A stretch of DNA of 32,060 bases from an uncultured Fidelibacterota bacterium (lineage in GTDB: Bacteria; Fidelibacterota; Marinisomatia; Marinisomatales; TCS55), in the NCBI GenBank assembly GCA_950063985.1, contig CATMBH010000001.1, positions 1 to 32,060 on the forward strand, read 5' to 3'. A program made the position numbers and the translations under genes. How positions within the stretch are numbered: the stretch's first letter is position 1; every line of letters begins with the position of its first letter. The notes beneath the pieces are model-generated. The model was not told where the DNA came from. It did not search any database and saw nothing but the letters and a program-made list of their open reading frames with translations. Positions 1 through 8,159 of the stretch are shown here, in pieces.

Positions 1-102
1 GAATCAATTACTGCAGCAGCAGAAATAGTTCCTAGTCAAGGTTTTTCTTTAAACAGTTTATGGAGAGGTGCATTAGGTATGTTTGTTTTAATAGTTATAG
101 CT
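1..102 (+). pseudogene. Fragment resembling the N-terminal region of a Flavobacteria-type NupC (CNT) nucleoside transporter, fused in frame to the next fragment
   Basis: Frame 1 reads ESITAAAEIVPSQGFSLNSLWRGALGMFVLIVIAY, which resembles the 'SQGFS..SL.RG.LG...L..IAY' start of the CNT membrane domain. The expected continuation (LFS.NRKAI) is absent. Recognised from memory only. Confidence 0.4.
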
Positions 103-306
103 TATAAAAAATCACAAAGATACTTTGGTGCTATTAGTTGTTTAATTTATATACAAATTTTTTGGTCTTTAATTTTTGGTTTCATTTTTTTTAATGAAAT
201 ATTAAATTTACTTGCAATTATAGGTGCCTTATTAATTATAATAAGTGGAGTTCTAGCTTTGCCAGCTCAATACAAACAAATTAATGAATTTGATCAAAAT
301 AGATAA
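94..306 (+). CDS. C-terminal part of a DMT/EamA family transporter (5' end missing or replaced)
   Basis: AY..S.....S.L.YIQIFWSLIFGFIFFNE......IIGALLIIISG matches the typical EamA C-terminal pattern. The start boundary is approximate. Confidence 0.7.
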   Translation, partial: VIAYKKSQRYFGAISCLIYIQIFWSLIFGFIFFNEILNLLAIIGALLIIISGVLALPAQYKQINEFDQNR

Positions 307-473
307 AATTATTTTTTTAAATATTTTTGTTGATCTTTTTCTGATTTTTTTACATTTAAAAATCATTTTCTAAAATTAAAAAATATAACTATAGTTGAAT
401 TTAAGTAGTCAAGTAGGGGAAACATCCGAATTATAATCAAAAGTTATCAAATAAGAATACCAAATAGAATAAA

Positions 474-627
474 TGCGACTTATCTGTATAGGTTGCGACT
501 GCATACAGTCCGAAGTCGCAAATTCATCAAAAACAAGAAATCAATGCATACACCTTTTGCATACACTTTTAAAAAAGTGTTATAATGCAACGCATTGGGA
601 CGATGTGTTGGGAAACAGAACGCCCCA
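474..627. repeat. Intergenic repeat copy 1 (attachment-site-like or promoter-hairpin unit)
   Basis: Aligns with 1151-1276. Contains TGCGACT x2 plus inverted AGTCGCA, TGCATACAC x2 (545, 558), palindrome ACACTTTT-aa-AAAAGTGT (563-580), and terminal dyad 596-609/614-627 ending AACAGAACGCCCCA. Confidence 0.85.
557..586 (+). promoter_or_regulatory. Sigma70-like promoter inside repeat copy 1
   Basis: TTGCAT (557-562), 18 bp spacer, TATAAT (581-586) with extended -10 TG at 578-579. An 8 bp inverted repeat fills the spacer. Confidence 0.45.
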
Positions 628-628
628 T

Positions 629-1003
629 TTATTTAATTTCCCTTTGCTTCCTCTTATTTTTGTAAAAATATAATAAAAATAAAAATGAAACTAATACACC
701 TATCAAATTAAATATAATATCAAAAATTTGAAAACCTCTTGAGGTAAATATTTGCAATATTTCAACTACTACAGAATAAATTATGCAAAATAATAAGATT
801 TTAAATTTATTAGAAAAAGAAAAATAAAAGAATAAATAAAGAATAAAAAAAAGAACTAGGTGTATTATAAAAGAAGTATTGTTGCTGAGATGTTTTTCTT
901 CTTCAACAAATTGAGTAATTATAAAAAGATCTAAAGGAATTAAAAGTGCTATTGAAAGAACAATTAAATAAGAAAAAGATATTATTTTAAAAAATTGTTT
1001 CAC
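629..1003 (-). CDS. VanZ-like family membrane protein
   Basis: Hydrophobic 124 aa ORF with H..LF..L, YS..VEILQIFTSRGFQIFDIIFNLIG, the VanZ 'E..Q.F...R....D...N..G' signature. Confidence 0.8.
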   Translation of the reverse strand: MKQFFKIISFSYLIVLSIALLIPLDLFIITQFVEEEKHLSNNTSFIIHLVLFFILYLFFYFSFSNKFKILLFCIIYSVVVEILQIFTSRGFQIFDIIFNLIGVLVSFLFLLYFYKNKRKQREIK

Positions 1004-1150
1004 AATTAAATTTAAAATTAAGAAATTGATTTTTTGACATTATTATTCATTATAAAAATAGTGTATTTCACAAAACACATATGATGAGAGTTTTTTTTCA
1101 TAATTTAAAATTACCTCATCAAAGACAATTATGCCACTTTGAAATCCCCC

Positions 1151-1276
1151 TATTTGTATAGTTGCAGACACTCTCAAGTCGCAAATTCGTCAAAAACGAG
1201 AAATTACTGCAGACACTTTTGAAAAAGTCTTATATATTGCGACTTGGGGAACATAGTTTAGGAAACAGAGCGCCCC
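1151..1276. repeat. Intergenic repeat copy 2
   Basis: TATTTGTATAGTTGCAGACAC...AAGTCGCAAATTCGTCAAAAACGAGAAATTACTGCAGACACTTTTGAAAAAGT...GGAAACAGAGCGCCCC is clearly homologous to copy 1. Terminal dyad at 1246-1259/1263-1276. Confidence 0.85.
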
Positions 1277-1284
1277 GCTACAAT

Positions 1285-1725
1285 TTATAGTTCGTAAACT
1301 TCCCAATTAGTTTTTTTTGAAACTCTGTCATATAGAGATTTTGCTCTTAGATTATCATTGCGCGTTATCCACCTAACCAAACCCCATCCTTTTTCTTTAG
1401 AAATTTTATCTAATTTTAAAATAAGTTTCTCACCAATTTTTAAACCTCTGTAGTCAGGAGAAACAAACAAATCATCTAAAAAACCAATATCCTTTCCTCT
1501 TAAAGGACTTGGCATTCTTCTGTAATGAGCAAAGGCAACTATTTTTTCTTCAAACTCACAAATCAATCCATTAAGTTCATGCTGTTCATCTGTCAACCAA
1601 CTCCATATGGTATTTAATATAGTCTGTGTCATTTCAACTTTATAAAACTCAGCATAACCGTGATAGAGTTTTTGCCAGTCTTCTTTATCGTTAAGTTTTA
1701 TGCTTCTAATAAATGTTGTGTCCAT
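1285..1725 (-). CDS. GNAT family N-acetyltransferase
   Basis: GFLDDLFVSPDYRGLKIGEKL (acetyl-CoA motif A) and WIT..DN.RAKSLYDRV. ATG at 1725 (MDTTFIRS) is preferred, because the longer ORF start lies inside repeat copy 3. Confidence 0.9.
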   Translation of the reverse strand: MDTTFIRSIKLNDKEDWQKLYHGYAEFYKVEMTQTILNTIWSWLTDEQHELNGLICEFEEKIVAFAHYRRMPSPLRGKDIGFLDDLFVSPDYRGLKIGEKLILKLDKISKEKGWGLVRWITRNDNLRAKSLYDRVSKKTNWEVYEL

Positions 1726-1743
1726 AAGACAATTTATAGCATA

Positions 1744-1858
1744 GCACGAAGTCTCCTGCAAAAGTCCTGCAAAAATATTGATTTCCTTACACGAAGTTTT
1801 TGAAAATGTGTTGGTTTTTGTGGTATAAATGACTAGAGGCGAGTAACAAAACGCCCCA
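1744..1858. repeat. Intergenic repeat copy 3 (divergent)
   Basis: Has its own short direct repeats GCACGAAGT/GCAAAAGT/ACACGAAGT, shares TTTTGAAAAnGT with copy 2, and ends AACAAAACGCCCCA (1845-1858). Includes TTGAAA-18-TATAAA facing the downstream gene. Confidence 0.6.
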
Positions 1859-1874
1859 TAATAATTTATATAAG

Positions 1875-2444
1875 ATGAAAAAATTTATAAAAAAAAATCC
1901 AGTTTTATTAGTTGTTGATGTGCAAAAAGGTTTTTTAGATGAAAAATATTGGGGAGGTAATAGAAATAATAAAAATGCAGAACTAATATGTAGTAAATTG
2001 ATAAATAAATGGAGAGATTTAAATCTTAAAATAATTCACGTCAAACATAGTTCTCTAAATCCCAAATCCCCATTACATAAAAACAATTCAGGTTTTGAAT
2101 TTAATCAGATGGTGAAACCGCTGGATAACGAAATTGTTATAATTAAGAATGTTAATAGTGCATTTATAGGAACAAACTTAAAAGAAATATTAGATAAGGA
2201 AAAATGCTCCACAATAGTTATCGTAGGTTTAACTAGTGACCATTGCATATCTACTACAACAAGAATGGCAGGAAACTTTGGATATGAGACATATGTGATT
2301 TCAGATGCTACAGCAACTTTTGATAAAGAAGGATTAAGTGGCGAAAGATTTAGTTCAGAAGAAGTTCATCAAATTTCTCTAGCAAGTCTTCAAAATGAAT
2401 TTGCTACTGTGCTCAAATATGAACAATTAATTAGTATGGAATAA
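1875..2444 (+). CDS. Isochorismatase-family cysteine hydrolase
   Basis: LLVVDVQKGF, K...SAFIGTNL, GLTSDHCISTTTR (D-K-C triad), DATATF. Confidence 0.92.
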   Translation: MKKFIKKNPVLLVVDVQKGFLDEKYWGGNRNNKNAELICSKLINKWRDLNLKIIHVKHSSLNPKSPLHKNNSGFEFNQMVKPLDNEIVIIKNVNSAFIGTNLKEILDKEKCSTIVIVGLTSDHCISTTTRMAGNFGYETYVISDATATFDKEGLSGERFSSEEVHQISLASLQNEFATVLKYEQLISME

Positions 2445-2470
2445 TGCTCAAAATTTTGTCATTAGAACGC

Positions 2471-2571
2471 AAAAATCAGAAAAAATAGCAGACACCCAAG
2501 AGCAGACACTTCACAAAAAACATAGATTAATATAGTGTATCGGTGGGGTGACAGAGTTACAGAACGCTCTC
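2471..2571. repeat. Intergenic repeat copy 4
   Basis: AAAAATCAGAAAAAATAGCAGACAC matches the AAAAAnnAGAAAnnnnnGCAKACAC block of copies 1 and 2. GCAGACAC occurs twice (2488, 2502). Ends TTACAGAACGCTCTC. Confidence 0.7.
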
Positions 2572-2680
2572 TAAATTCAATTTTTCATTTAAATTTATAA
2601 ATTTATTTTTTATAAAAAGTATAAACAGTTTTAAAAATAGTTTTACTTCCATAATCAATCCTAATAGTTTTATTTGTTTA

Positions 2681-3922
2681 ATGATTAAAAAATATTTTAC
2701 TATATCTATAATCAAAGAAGCACGTATTGATGAAAATCGATCTCCCTTTACCCCCGATCAAATACAAGCTTTAACTGATAAATTTCCCAATTTGCATGTT
2801 TTTGTTCAACCCTCCAAAAAAAGATGTTTTAAGGATGAGGATTATGCAAAAGCAGGCGCAAAAATAAAGGAAGATATAAGTCATTCCGATATCATTTTTG
2901 GCGTGAAAGAAGTTGAGATATCAACGCTTATTGAAAATAAATGTTATCTCTTTTTTTCACATACAACTAAAGTTCGAAATTATATCAACCAAGCCACACA
3001 AGACAAAGCTATTATTTATAAGAAAGAGCTTTTAAGAGAGATTTTAAAAAAAAATATTACTTTGATTGACTATGAAAATATAAGAGAAGTATCCGGAAAG
3101 GGATATCGATATCTTGGTTTTGGAAGGTTTGCAGGTATTGTTGGTTGTTACAATACACTTAATCTTTATCTAAAATTACAGAAAGAAAAATCACTTCCAA
3201 GAGCTTTTGAAATTAATAACTATGAAAAAATTAAAGAATTACTCAGTAAACAAAATTTTAATAAGCTCAAAATACTACAAACCGGAAGGGGAAATGTTGC
3301 CAAAGGTTCTATGGAAGTTTTAAAACATGCGAATATTAAACAGGTTTCAATAAATGATTATTTAAACAAAAAATATAATGAAGCAGTTTTTTGTAATATT
3401 TCGACTAGAGACTATGTTGAACGGAATGATGGCAAAGATTATTCAGTTCAAGATTTTGCTTCAAACCCTCATGAATATAAGTCAAAAGTAAAAAATTACC
3501 TATTTGATACAGATATGCTTATAACTGGTCATTATTGGGAACCAAAATTTCCAAAATTATTTTATCCAAATCAAATTAATGAATTTAAGAACCTAAAAAT
3601 CATAGGTGATATTACCTGCGATATTAATGGAGCTGTACCAACTACCGTAAGATCTACAACGATTGCAAAACCTTATTATTCAATTGATATCAATTCAATG
3701 AAAGAAATTGATTTGGGTAGCAAAGGTATTGCAGTTATGGCTGTTGATAATTTACCTTCAGAGTTACCTAATGAATCTAGCGAAGAATTTGGTAATAGCA
3801 TTATATCGGAAGTTTTACCTTATTTAATAAATCAAGATGACGGCCGTATAAACAGAGCTACTACAGCTTCACAAGGAAAGTTTTGTCCTCCATTTAGTTA
3901 TTTGGAAGATTTTATTAGATAG
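2681..3922 (+). CDS. Saccharopine dehydrogenase / lysine-ketoglutarate reductase-like oxidoreductase (AlaDh/PNT superfamily)
   Basis: E.R.P.TP, VQPS..R.F.D..Y..AGA, GVKE, FFSHT, IDYE, GFGRFAGIVG, DITCDINGAVP, MAVDNLPSELP. Confidence 0.85.
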   Translation: MIKKYFTISIIKEARIDENRSPFTPDQIQALTDKFPNLHVFVQPSKKRCFKDEDYAKAGAKIKEDISHSDIIFGVKEVEISTLIENKCYLFFSHTTKVRNYINQATQDKAIIYKKELLREILKKNITLIDYENIREVSGKGYRYLGFGRFAGIVGCYNTLNLYLKLQKEKSLPRAFEINNYEKIKELLSKQNFNKLKILQTGRGNVAKGSMEVLKHANIKQVSINDYLNKKYNEAVFCNISTRDYVERNDGKDYSVQDFASNPHEYKSKVKNYLFDTDMLITGHYWEPKFPKLFYPNQINEFKNLKIIGDITCDINGAVPTTVRSTTIAKPYYSIDINSMKEIDLGSKGIAVMAVDNLPSELPNESSEEFGNSIISEVLPYLINQDDGRINRATTASQGKFCPPFSYLEDFIR

Positions 3923-3959
3923 TTTTATTTTTTAATAGCAAAAATTGTTACGGCAGCCG

Positions 3960-3978
3960 GTACTCATAGCTCAATTGG
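3960..3978 (+). other. Possible 5' fragment of a tRNA (Arg-like); not a complete tRNA
   Basis: GTACTCATAGCTCAATTGG fits a 7 nt acceptor strand, TA, D-stem GCTC and D-loop GG. No anticodon or T arm follows. Confidence 0.3.
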
Positions 3979-4030
3979 CTTGACTTATGCACTGAAAAAA
4001 ACTTATTAAGATATTTATAGTATTAAAAAA

Positions 4031-4756
4031 TTAAGTCTTGAAAAAAAATCTTTTAATAAAAAAAGCAATAATTAAAAGAATAAAAAAACCAATTATAGGT
4101 AAATAAATCTCAGGAGAAAGAAAGACTGACAAAAAATTAAGTTCAGCATTTTGATCAATAATATTCTCAATACCACTTCCAAGTGCTACCCAAACAAATG
4201 TTGTAGGGATTATTCCTAAGAAAGTAGCAGCAATATAATTTTTAACGGACATATTAAAAATAACTGGTAAGACATTCTGGATAGGAAAAGGAGTACCCCC
4301 TCCCCCCATAAACCTAAAAAACATAAAATATATCGTTTCGTTCTTATTAAAAAATTTAATAAATTTAGTAAATTTTGTTGCAAATTTTTTTTCTATTAAT
4401 TCACTAAAAAAAGTTTTTGCTAAAAGATACAATAAAACGCCACCAAGTGTATTTCCAAAGACTAGAATTAGAGTTCCCAGCCATTTACCAAAAATAAAGC
4501 CAATCACTAAAGTAGGTAGCAACATGGGACATAACAATAGATTTAATAAAACAATAATAATAAAAAAAATAATTGTCAGGAAGAGAATATTATTTTCTTT
4601 GTATTTTAAAATTAAGCCTTTATTTTCTCTGATAAATTCATAGCTGGTTAAATCACTAATATCGAAATTAGAAAATAAAAAATAAATACCTGCCAAAAGA
4701 ACGATTAAATAAGCACTCCCTAAATAAATTTTAAAATTCAAAGATTTGAAGTTCAT
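4031..4756 (-). CDS. TVP38/TMEM64 (VTT/DedA-like) membrane protein
   Basis: GFIFGKWLG...GNTLG, R....PF.IQN, Y..ATFLGIIP. Divergent from rpmH, a usual position in Alphaproteobacteria. Confidence 0.88.
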   Translation of the reverse strand: MNFKSLNFKIYLGSAYLIVLLAGIYFLFSNFDISDLTSYEFIRENKGLILKYKENNILFLTIIFFIIIVLLNLLLCPMLLPTLVIGFIFGKWLGTLILVFGNTLGGVLLYLLAKTFFSELIEKKFATKFTKFIKFFNKNETIYFMFFRFMGGGGTPFPIQNVLPVIFNMSVKNYIAATFLGIIPTTFVWVALGSGIENIIDQNAELNFLSVFLSPEIYLPIIGFFILLIIAFFIKRFFFKT

Positions 4757-4835
4757 AGATTATTTTTTATCTGTACTTATTGGCTCTTATTACTTATAAA
4801 TATCAGAAAATTTTACAAAGAGCCAAAGCAATTTT

Positions 4836-4970
4836 ATGAAACGAACCTATCAACCCAGTCGACGCGTAAGAAAGAGAAAACACGGATTCAGATCTAGGAT
4901 GAGAAAAAAAAGTGGTAGAAAACTTATTGCCCGAAGAAGAGCAAAAGGAAGAAAAAAAGTATCCACTTAA
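4836..4970 (+). CDS. rpmH: 50S ribosomal protein L34 (missing from the ORF track, 44 aa)
   Basis: Manual translation [44 protein letters not shown]; lies directly upstream of rnpA. Confidence 0.98.
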   Translation: MKRTYQPSRRVRKRKHGFRSRMRKKSGRKLIARRRAKGRKKVST

Positions 4971-4983
4971 CTAAATCCTAAAA

Positions 4984-5349
4984 ATGATCAAGTTTAAGAG
5001 CCTAAATCAGAGCAAACAATTTCTAAGAATTTTGAAGAAGAAAAGATTAAATACAAAATATTTTACAATTTACTTTGAAAAAAATTCAAGCAGTATAAAA
5101 AATAATGATAAAGAAATATTAAACGTAAGTTTTGTAATGAAAAAAAACATTGGAAATGCTGTAATCAGAAATAAGATAAAACGAAAATTAAAATCAGCTG
5201 TCCAAAAAGTTCTAAAAGAAAAACAGCCGGTTGACTTAAACTATACTTATGTAATTTTTGGAAGAAATAATGTATATAAAGATAAATTTCAGCTGATTTT
5301 TGATGAAGTTAATGACATGTTTAAAAGAATAAAACAAATAACTAGCTAA
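4984..5349 (+). CDS. rnpA: Ribonuclease P protein component
   Basis: KKNIGNAVIRNKIKRKLK (RNR-type motif); rpmH-rnpA-yidD-yidC synteny. Confidence 0.93.
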   Translation: MIKFKSLNQSKQFLRILKKKRLNTKYFTIYFEKNSSSIKNNDKEILNVSFVMKKNIGNAVIRNKIKRKLKSAVQKVLKEKQPVDLNYTYVIFGRNNVYKDKFQLIFDEVNDMFKRIKQITS

Positions 5350-5352
5350 ATC

Positions 5353-5604
5353 ATGAAACTGATTAATTATTATTTAATATTGTTAATAAAATTTTATAAA
5401 TATTTTATTTCACCTTATTTCCCTTTTAGCTGCAGATATCAACCTACCTGCTCCGAATACTTTATAGATTGCTTAAAACTTAATGGGATTTTAAAAGGTT
5501 TTTTGTTAGGAATAAAAAGAATTTTAAGATGCCATCCAATTAAAGTTTTAGGCGGTAGAAGTGGATTTGATCCTGCGCCTAACTTCAAAAAAGGAAAAAA
5601 ATAA
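5353..5604 (+). CDS. yidD: Membrane protein insertion efficiency factor
   Basis: ISP....[10 protein letters not shown]...RILRCHP....G.DP.P. Confidence 0.96.
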   Translation: MKLINYYLILLIKFYKYFISPYFPFSCRYQPTCSEYFIDCLKLNGILKGFLLGIKRILRCHPIKVLGGRSGFDPAPNFKKGKK

Positions 5605-7287
5605 ATGGACTCAAAAAATGTATTGATGGCTATTGTGCTTTCAACATTAGTTTTGGTTTTTTGGGCAACTTTTTTCGAACCACCTCCTGTTGAGAGACAG
5701 ATTGCAGAAGATCAGGTAACAAAAAGTGAAGAACTTTCCTCTCCTTCAATCGAAAAAGTTGAGCTTTCAAAAAAAATTGCAAGAGATGATACAATTGATA
5801 GCGTTGCCAGAGTAAAAATAGAAAACAATAATATTAAGGGATCAATATCTCTCCAAGGCGCAATTATAGATGATATCATATTTAAAAATTATAAAGAGAG
5901 TTTAGAAAGTGATCAAAAAGTAATATTTTTAAACCCCAAAAGTTCAGACGAAGGATATTATATAGAAACTGGCTGGGCCTCTAATAGCAATGAAAAGTTA
6001 AAATTGCCCTTAGATAATACAATTTGGAAAGTAAAAGGTAATAAAGTACTCACACCAAATAAGCCGATAGTGCTTGAATGGGATAATAATGAAGGTTTAA
6101 TTTTTACAAAAAAAATTGAATTAGATGATAAGTATTTGTTCAAAATATCCCAGGGTATTAAAAACACTTCAAATAAATCTTATGAATTTTTTCCTTACGC
6201 TCAGATAACGCGAAATTATAAACCAGATGTAATACCTATATATATTCTACATGAAGGTTTTATTGGGATGTTTGATGATGAACTTAAAGAAGAAGATTAT
6301 GAAGATGTTGAAGATGAAAAATTCATTATCAATAGTTCAAAAGGATGGCTAGGAATCACTGATAAATATTGGCTCACAGCAATAGTTCCAGAAAAAGGAA
6401 AAAAATTTAAATCTGAATTTTTATCTATCGATGGAAAATATAAAGCCAATTTTATCATTAAAGAAGCTACAGTTCTTTCTTCAAATGCGTCCATAACAAA
6501 TGAAATAAATGCCTTCGTTATGGCAAAAGAGGTTGCAGTCATAGATGATTATGCCGAAAAATTGGGTATAGAAAAATTTGATTTAACAATAGATTGGGGA
6601 TGGTTCTATTTCATTACTAAACCATTATTTTTTGTAATTGAATATTTTTTCAAACTAACTGGTAATTTTGGAGTTGCAATTATTATTCTTACTGCGCTCG
6701 TACGTATAGTATTCTTCCCGCTTGCTAACTATTCTTTTCGATCCATGGCTAAAATGAAAATCCTTCAGCCTGAAATGATAAGATTAAAAGAGTTACACAA
6801 AGACGACAAGACTAAGTTACAACAGGAAATGATGGCATTATATAAAAGGGAAAAAGTCAATCCTGTTTCTGGTTGCTTGCCGGTACTTATTCAAATTCCA
6901 TTTTTCTTTGCAGTTTACAAAATGCTATATGTTACAATTGAAATGAGGCAGCAGCCTTTCTTTGGTTGGATACAGGATCTATCTGCCAGAGATCCAACTT
7001 CAATATTTAATTTATTTGGACTCATTCCATGGGATCCACCTACCTTCTTGATGATAGGTGTGTGGCCAATTCTTATGGGGTTAACTATGTTCTTGCAACA
7101 AAAACTAAATCCAACTCCACCAGACCCCATGCAAGCAAAAATTTTTATGTTTTTGCCAATTTTTTTAACAATCATATTGGCTCCATTTCCTTCAGGACTC
7201 GTAGTATATTGGACTGTAAGCAACGTCTTAACTATGGCTCAACAATGGGTCATCATAAGAGGAACAAAAGTAAAAACCGTTAGATAA
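5605..7287 (+). CDS. yidC: Membrane protein insertase YidC
   Basis: IDWGWFYFITKP, GNFGVAII, NPVSGCLPVLIQIPFF, PSGLVVYWTVSN. Confidence 0.98.
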   Translation: MDSKNVLMAIVLSTLVLVFWATFFEPPPVERQIAEDQVTKSEELSSPSIEKVELSKKIARDDTIDSVARVKIENNNIKGSISLQGAIIDDIIFKNYKESLESDQKVIFLNPKSSDEGYYIETGWASNSNEKLKLPLDNTIWKVKGNKVLTPNKPIVLEWDNNEGLIFTKKIELDDKYLFKISQGIKNTSNKSYEFFPYAQITRNYKPDVIPIYILHEGFIGMFDDELKEEDYEDVEDEKFIINSSKGWLGITDKYWLTAIVPEKGKKFKSEFLSIDGKYKANFIIKEATVLSSNASITNEINAFVMAKEVAVIDDYAEKLGIEKFDLTIDWGWFYFITKPLFFVIEYFFKLTGNFGVAIIILTALVRIVFFPLANYSFRSMAKMKILQPEMIRLKELHKDDKTKLQQEMMALYKREKVNPVSGCLPVLIQIPFFFAVYKMLYVTIEMRQQPFFGWIQDLSARDPTSIFNLFGLIPWDPPTFLMIGVWPILMGLTMFLQQKLNPTPPDPMQAKIFMFLPIFLTIILAPFPSGLVVYWTVSNVLTMAQQWVIIRGTKVKTVR

Positions 7288-8159
7288 TGTTACCTGCCGA
7301 AAATTTAGATAATAAAATAAAAAAGTTTTGGCCTAAAAACGGGCCGTCAACTGAAGAAGTCGAAAAGTACGTAAAAAAATATTCAAAAGAAAAAATAGTC
7401 ATTAAATGTGGAGGTCGAGTTCTTTTAGATGCGGACCTATTTAATAGTTTTATTGAGGATGTTGTCATCTTAAAAAAACTAGGTTTAACTCCTCTGTTAG
7501 TTCACGGTGGTGGATTAGGAATAAAGAAAAAATTAGATGAATTAAATATTGAAAGTAAATTTATTATGGGGCTACGAGTAACGGATGAAAAGATGATCAA
7601 AATTGTTGAGGATGTAATGATAGCATTCAATAAAGAGATTGTTAGTGCTTTAGAAAAAAAATCCTGTAAAGCAAAATCTATAACAATTAGTGAAAACAAT
7701 GCAATTTATGTTAAACAAAAAAATAAAGAACTAGGATATGTCGGCACCCCAACTAGAATAGATGATAAATTAATAAAGAATTTTATTCATAAAGACTTCG
7801 TGCCAATTATAGCGCCAATGGGACTCGATGAAAAAATGCAAGCTTACAACATTAATGCTGATACTGCAGCAGGGGCTCTAGCAATAAGTTTAAAATCAAG
7901 AAGATTATTGCTAATGACTGACGTTGAAGGGGTTTATGATGAGAATGAAAAATTGATTTCTGAAATAAAATCAACTCAAGCAGAAAAGCTTATTTATAAT
8001 CAAACAATTCACGGAGGGATGATCCCAAAAATAAGAACATGCATTAATGCAGTAAATAATAATGTAAAAGGTGTTGTGATTATTGATGGAAGAAGACCCC
8101 ACTCAATTCTTTTTGAATTATTTTCAGATCAAGGTGCCGGAACTCTTATTAGAAAATGA
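7287..8159 (+). CDS. argB: Acetylglutamate kinase
   Basis: VIKCGG, VHGGG, GLRVTD, NINADTAAG, LMTDVEGV, GGMIPKI, ELFSDQGAGT. Confidence 0.96.
   Translation: MLPAENLDNKIKKFWPKNGPSTEEVEKYVKKYSKEKIVIKCGGRVLLDADLFNSFIEDVVILKKLGLTPLLVHGGGLGIKKKLDELNIESKFIMGLRVTDEKMIKIVEDVMIAFNKEIVSALEKKSCKAKSITISENNAIYVKQKNKELGYVGTPTRIDDKLIKNFIHKDFVPIIAPMGLDEKMQAYNINADTAAGALAISLKSRRLLLMTDVEGVYDENEKLISEIKSTQAEKLIYNQTIHGGMIPKIRTCINAVNNNVKGVVIIDGRRPHSILFELFSDQGAGTLIRK

Noticed and set aside
473-673. 66 aa ORF on the + strand
   Set aside because: It is a translation of repeat copy 1, overlaps the VanZ 3' end, and its frame is not preserved in the other copies.
1082-1121. Inverted repeat TGATGAG/CTCATCA upstream of the VanZ gene
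   Set aside because: It is only 7 bp with a long AT-rich spacer and cannot be distinguished from chance.
1256-1276. Repeat end as a tRNA anticodon arm on the minus strand (TCTGT-TTCCTAA-AC, Arg-CCT-like)
   Set aside because: The spacing from the D-stem is off, the 3' stem is incomplete, and the other three copies do not fit. The integration target remains unidentified.
474-2571. The repeats as a CRISPR array serving the Cas6-like gene
   Set aside because: The units are over 100 bp, degenerate and separated by whole genes. They also lie on the other side of the chimeric junction, so they probably come from a different organism.
474-2571. Classical integron attC sites
   Set aside because: No clear RYYYAAC...GTTRRRY ends or full-length hairpin symmetry, cargo genes occur in both orientations, and no intI is present.
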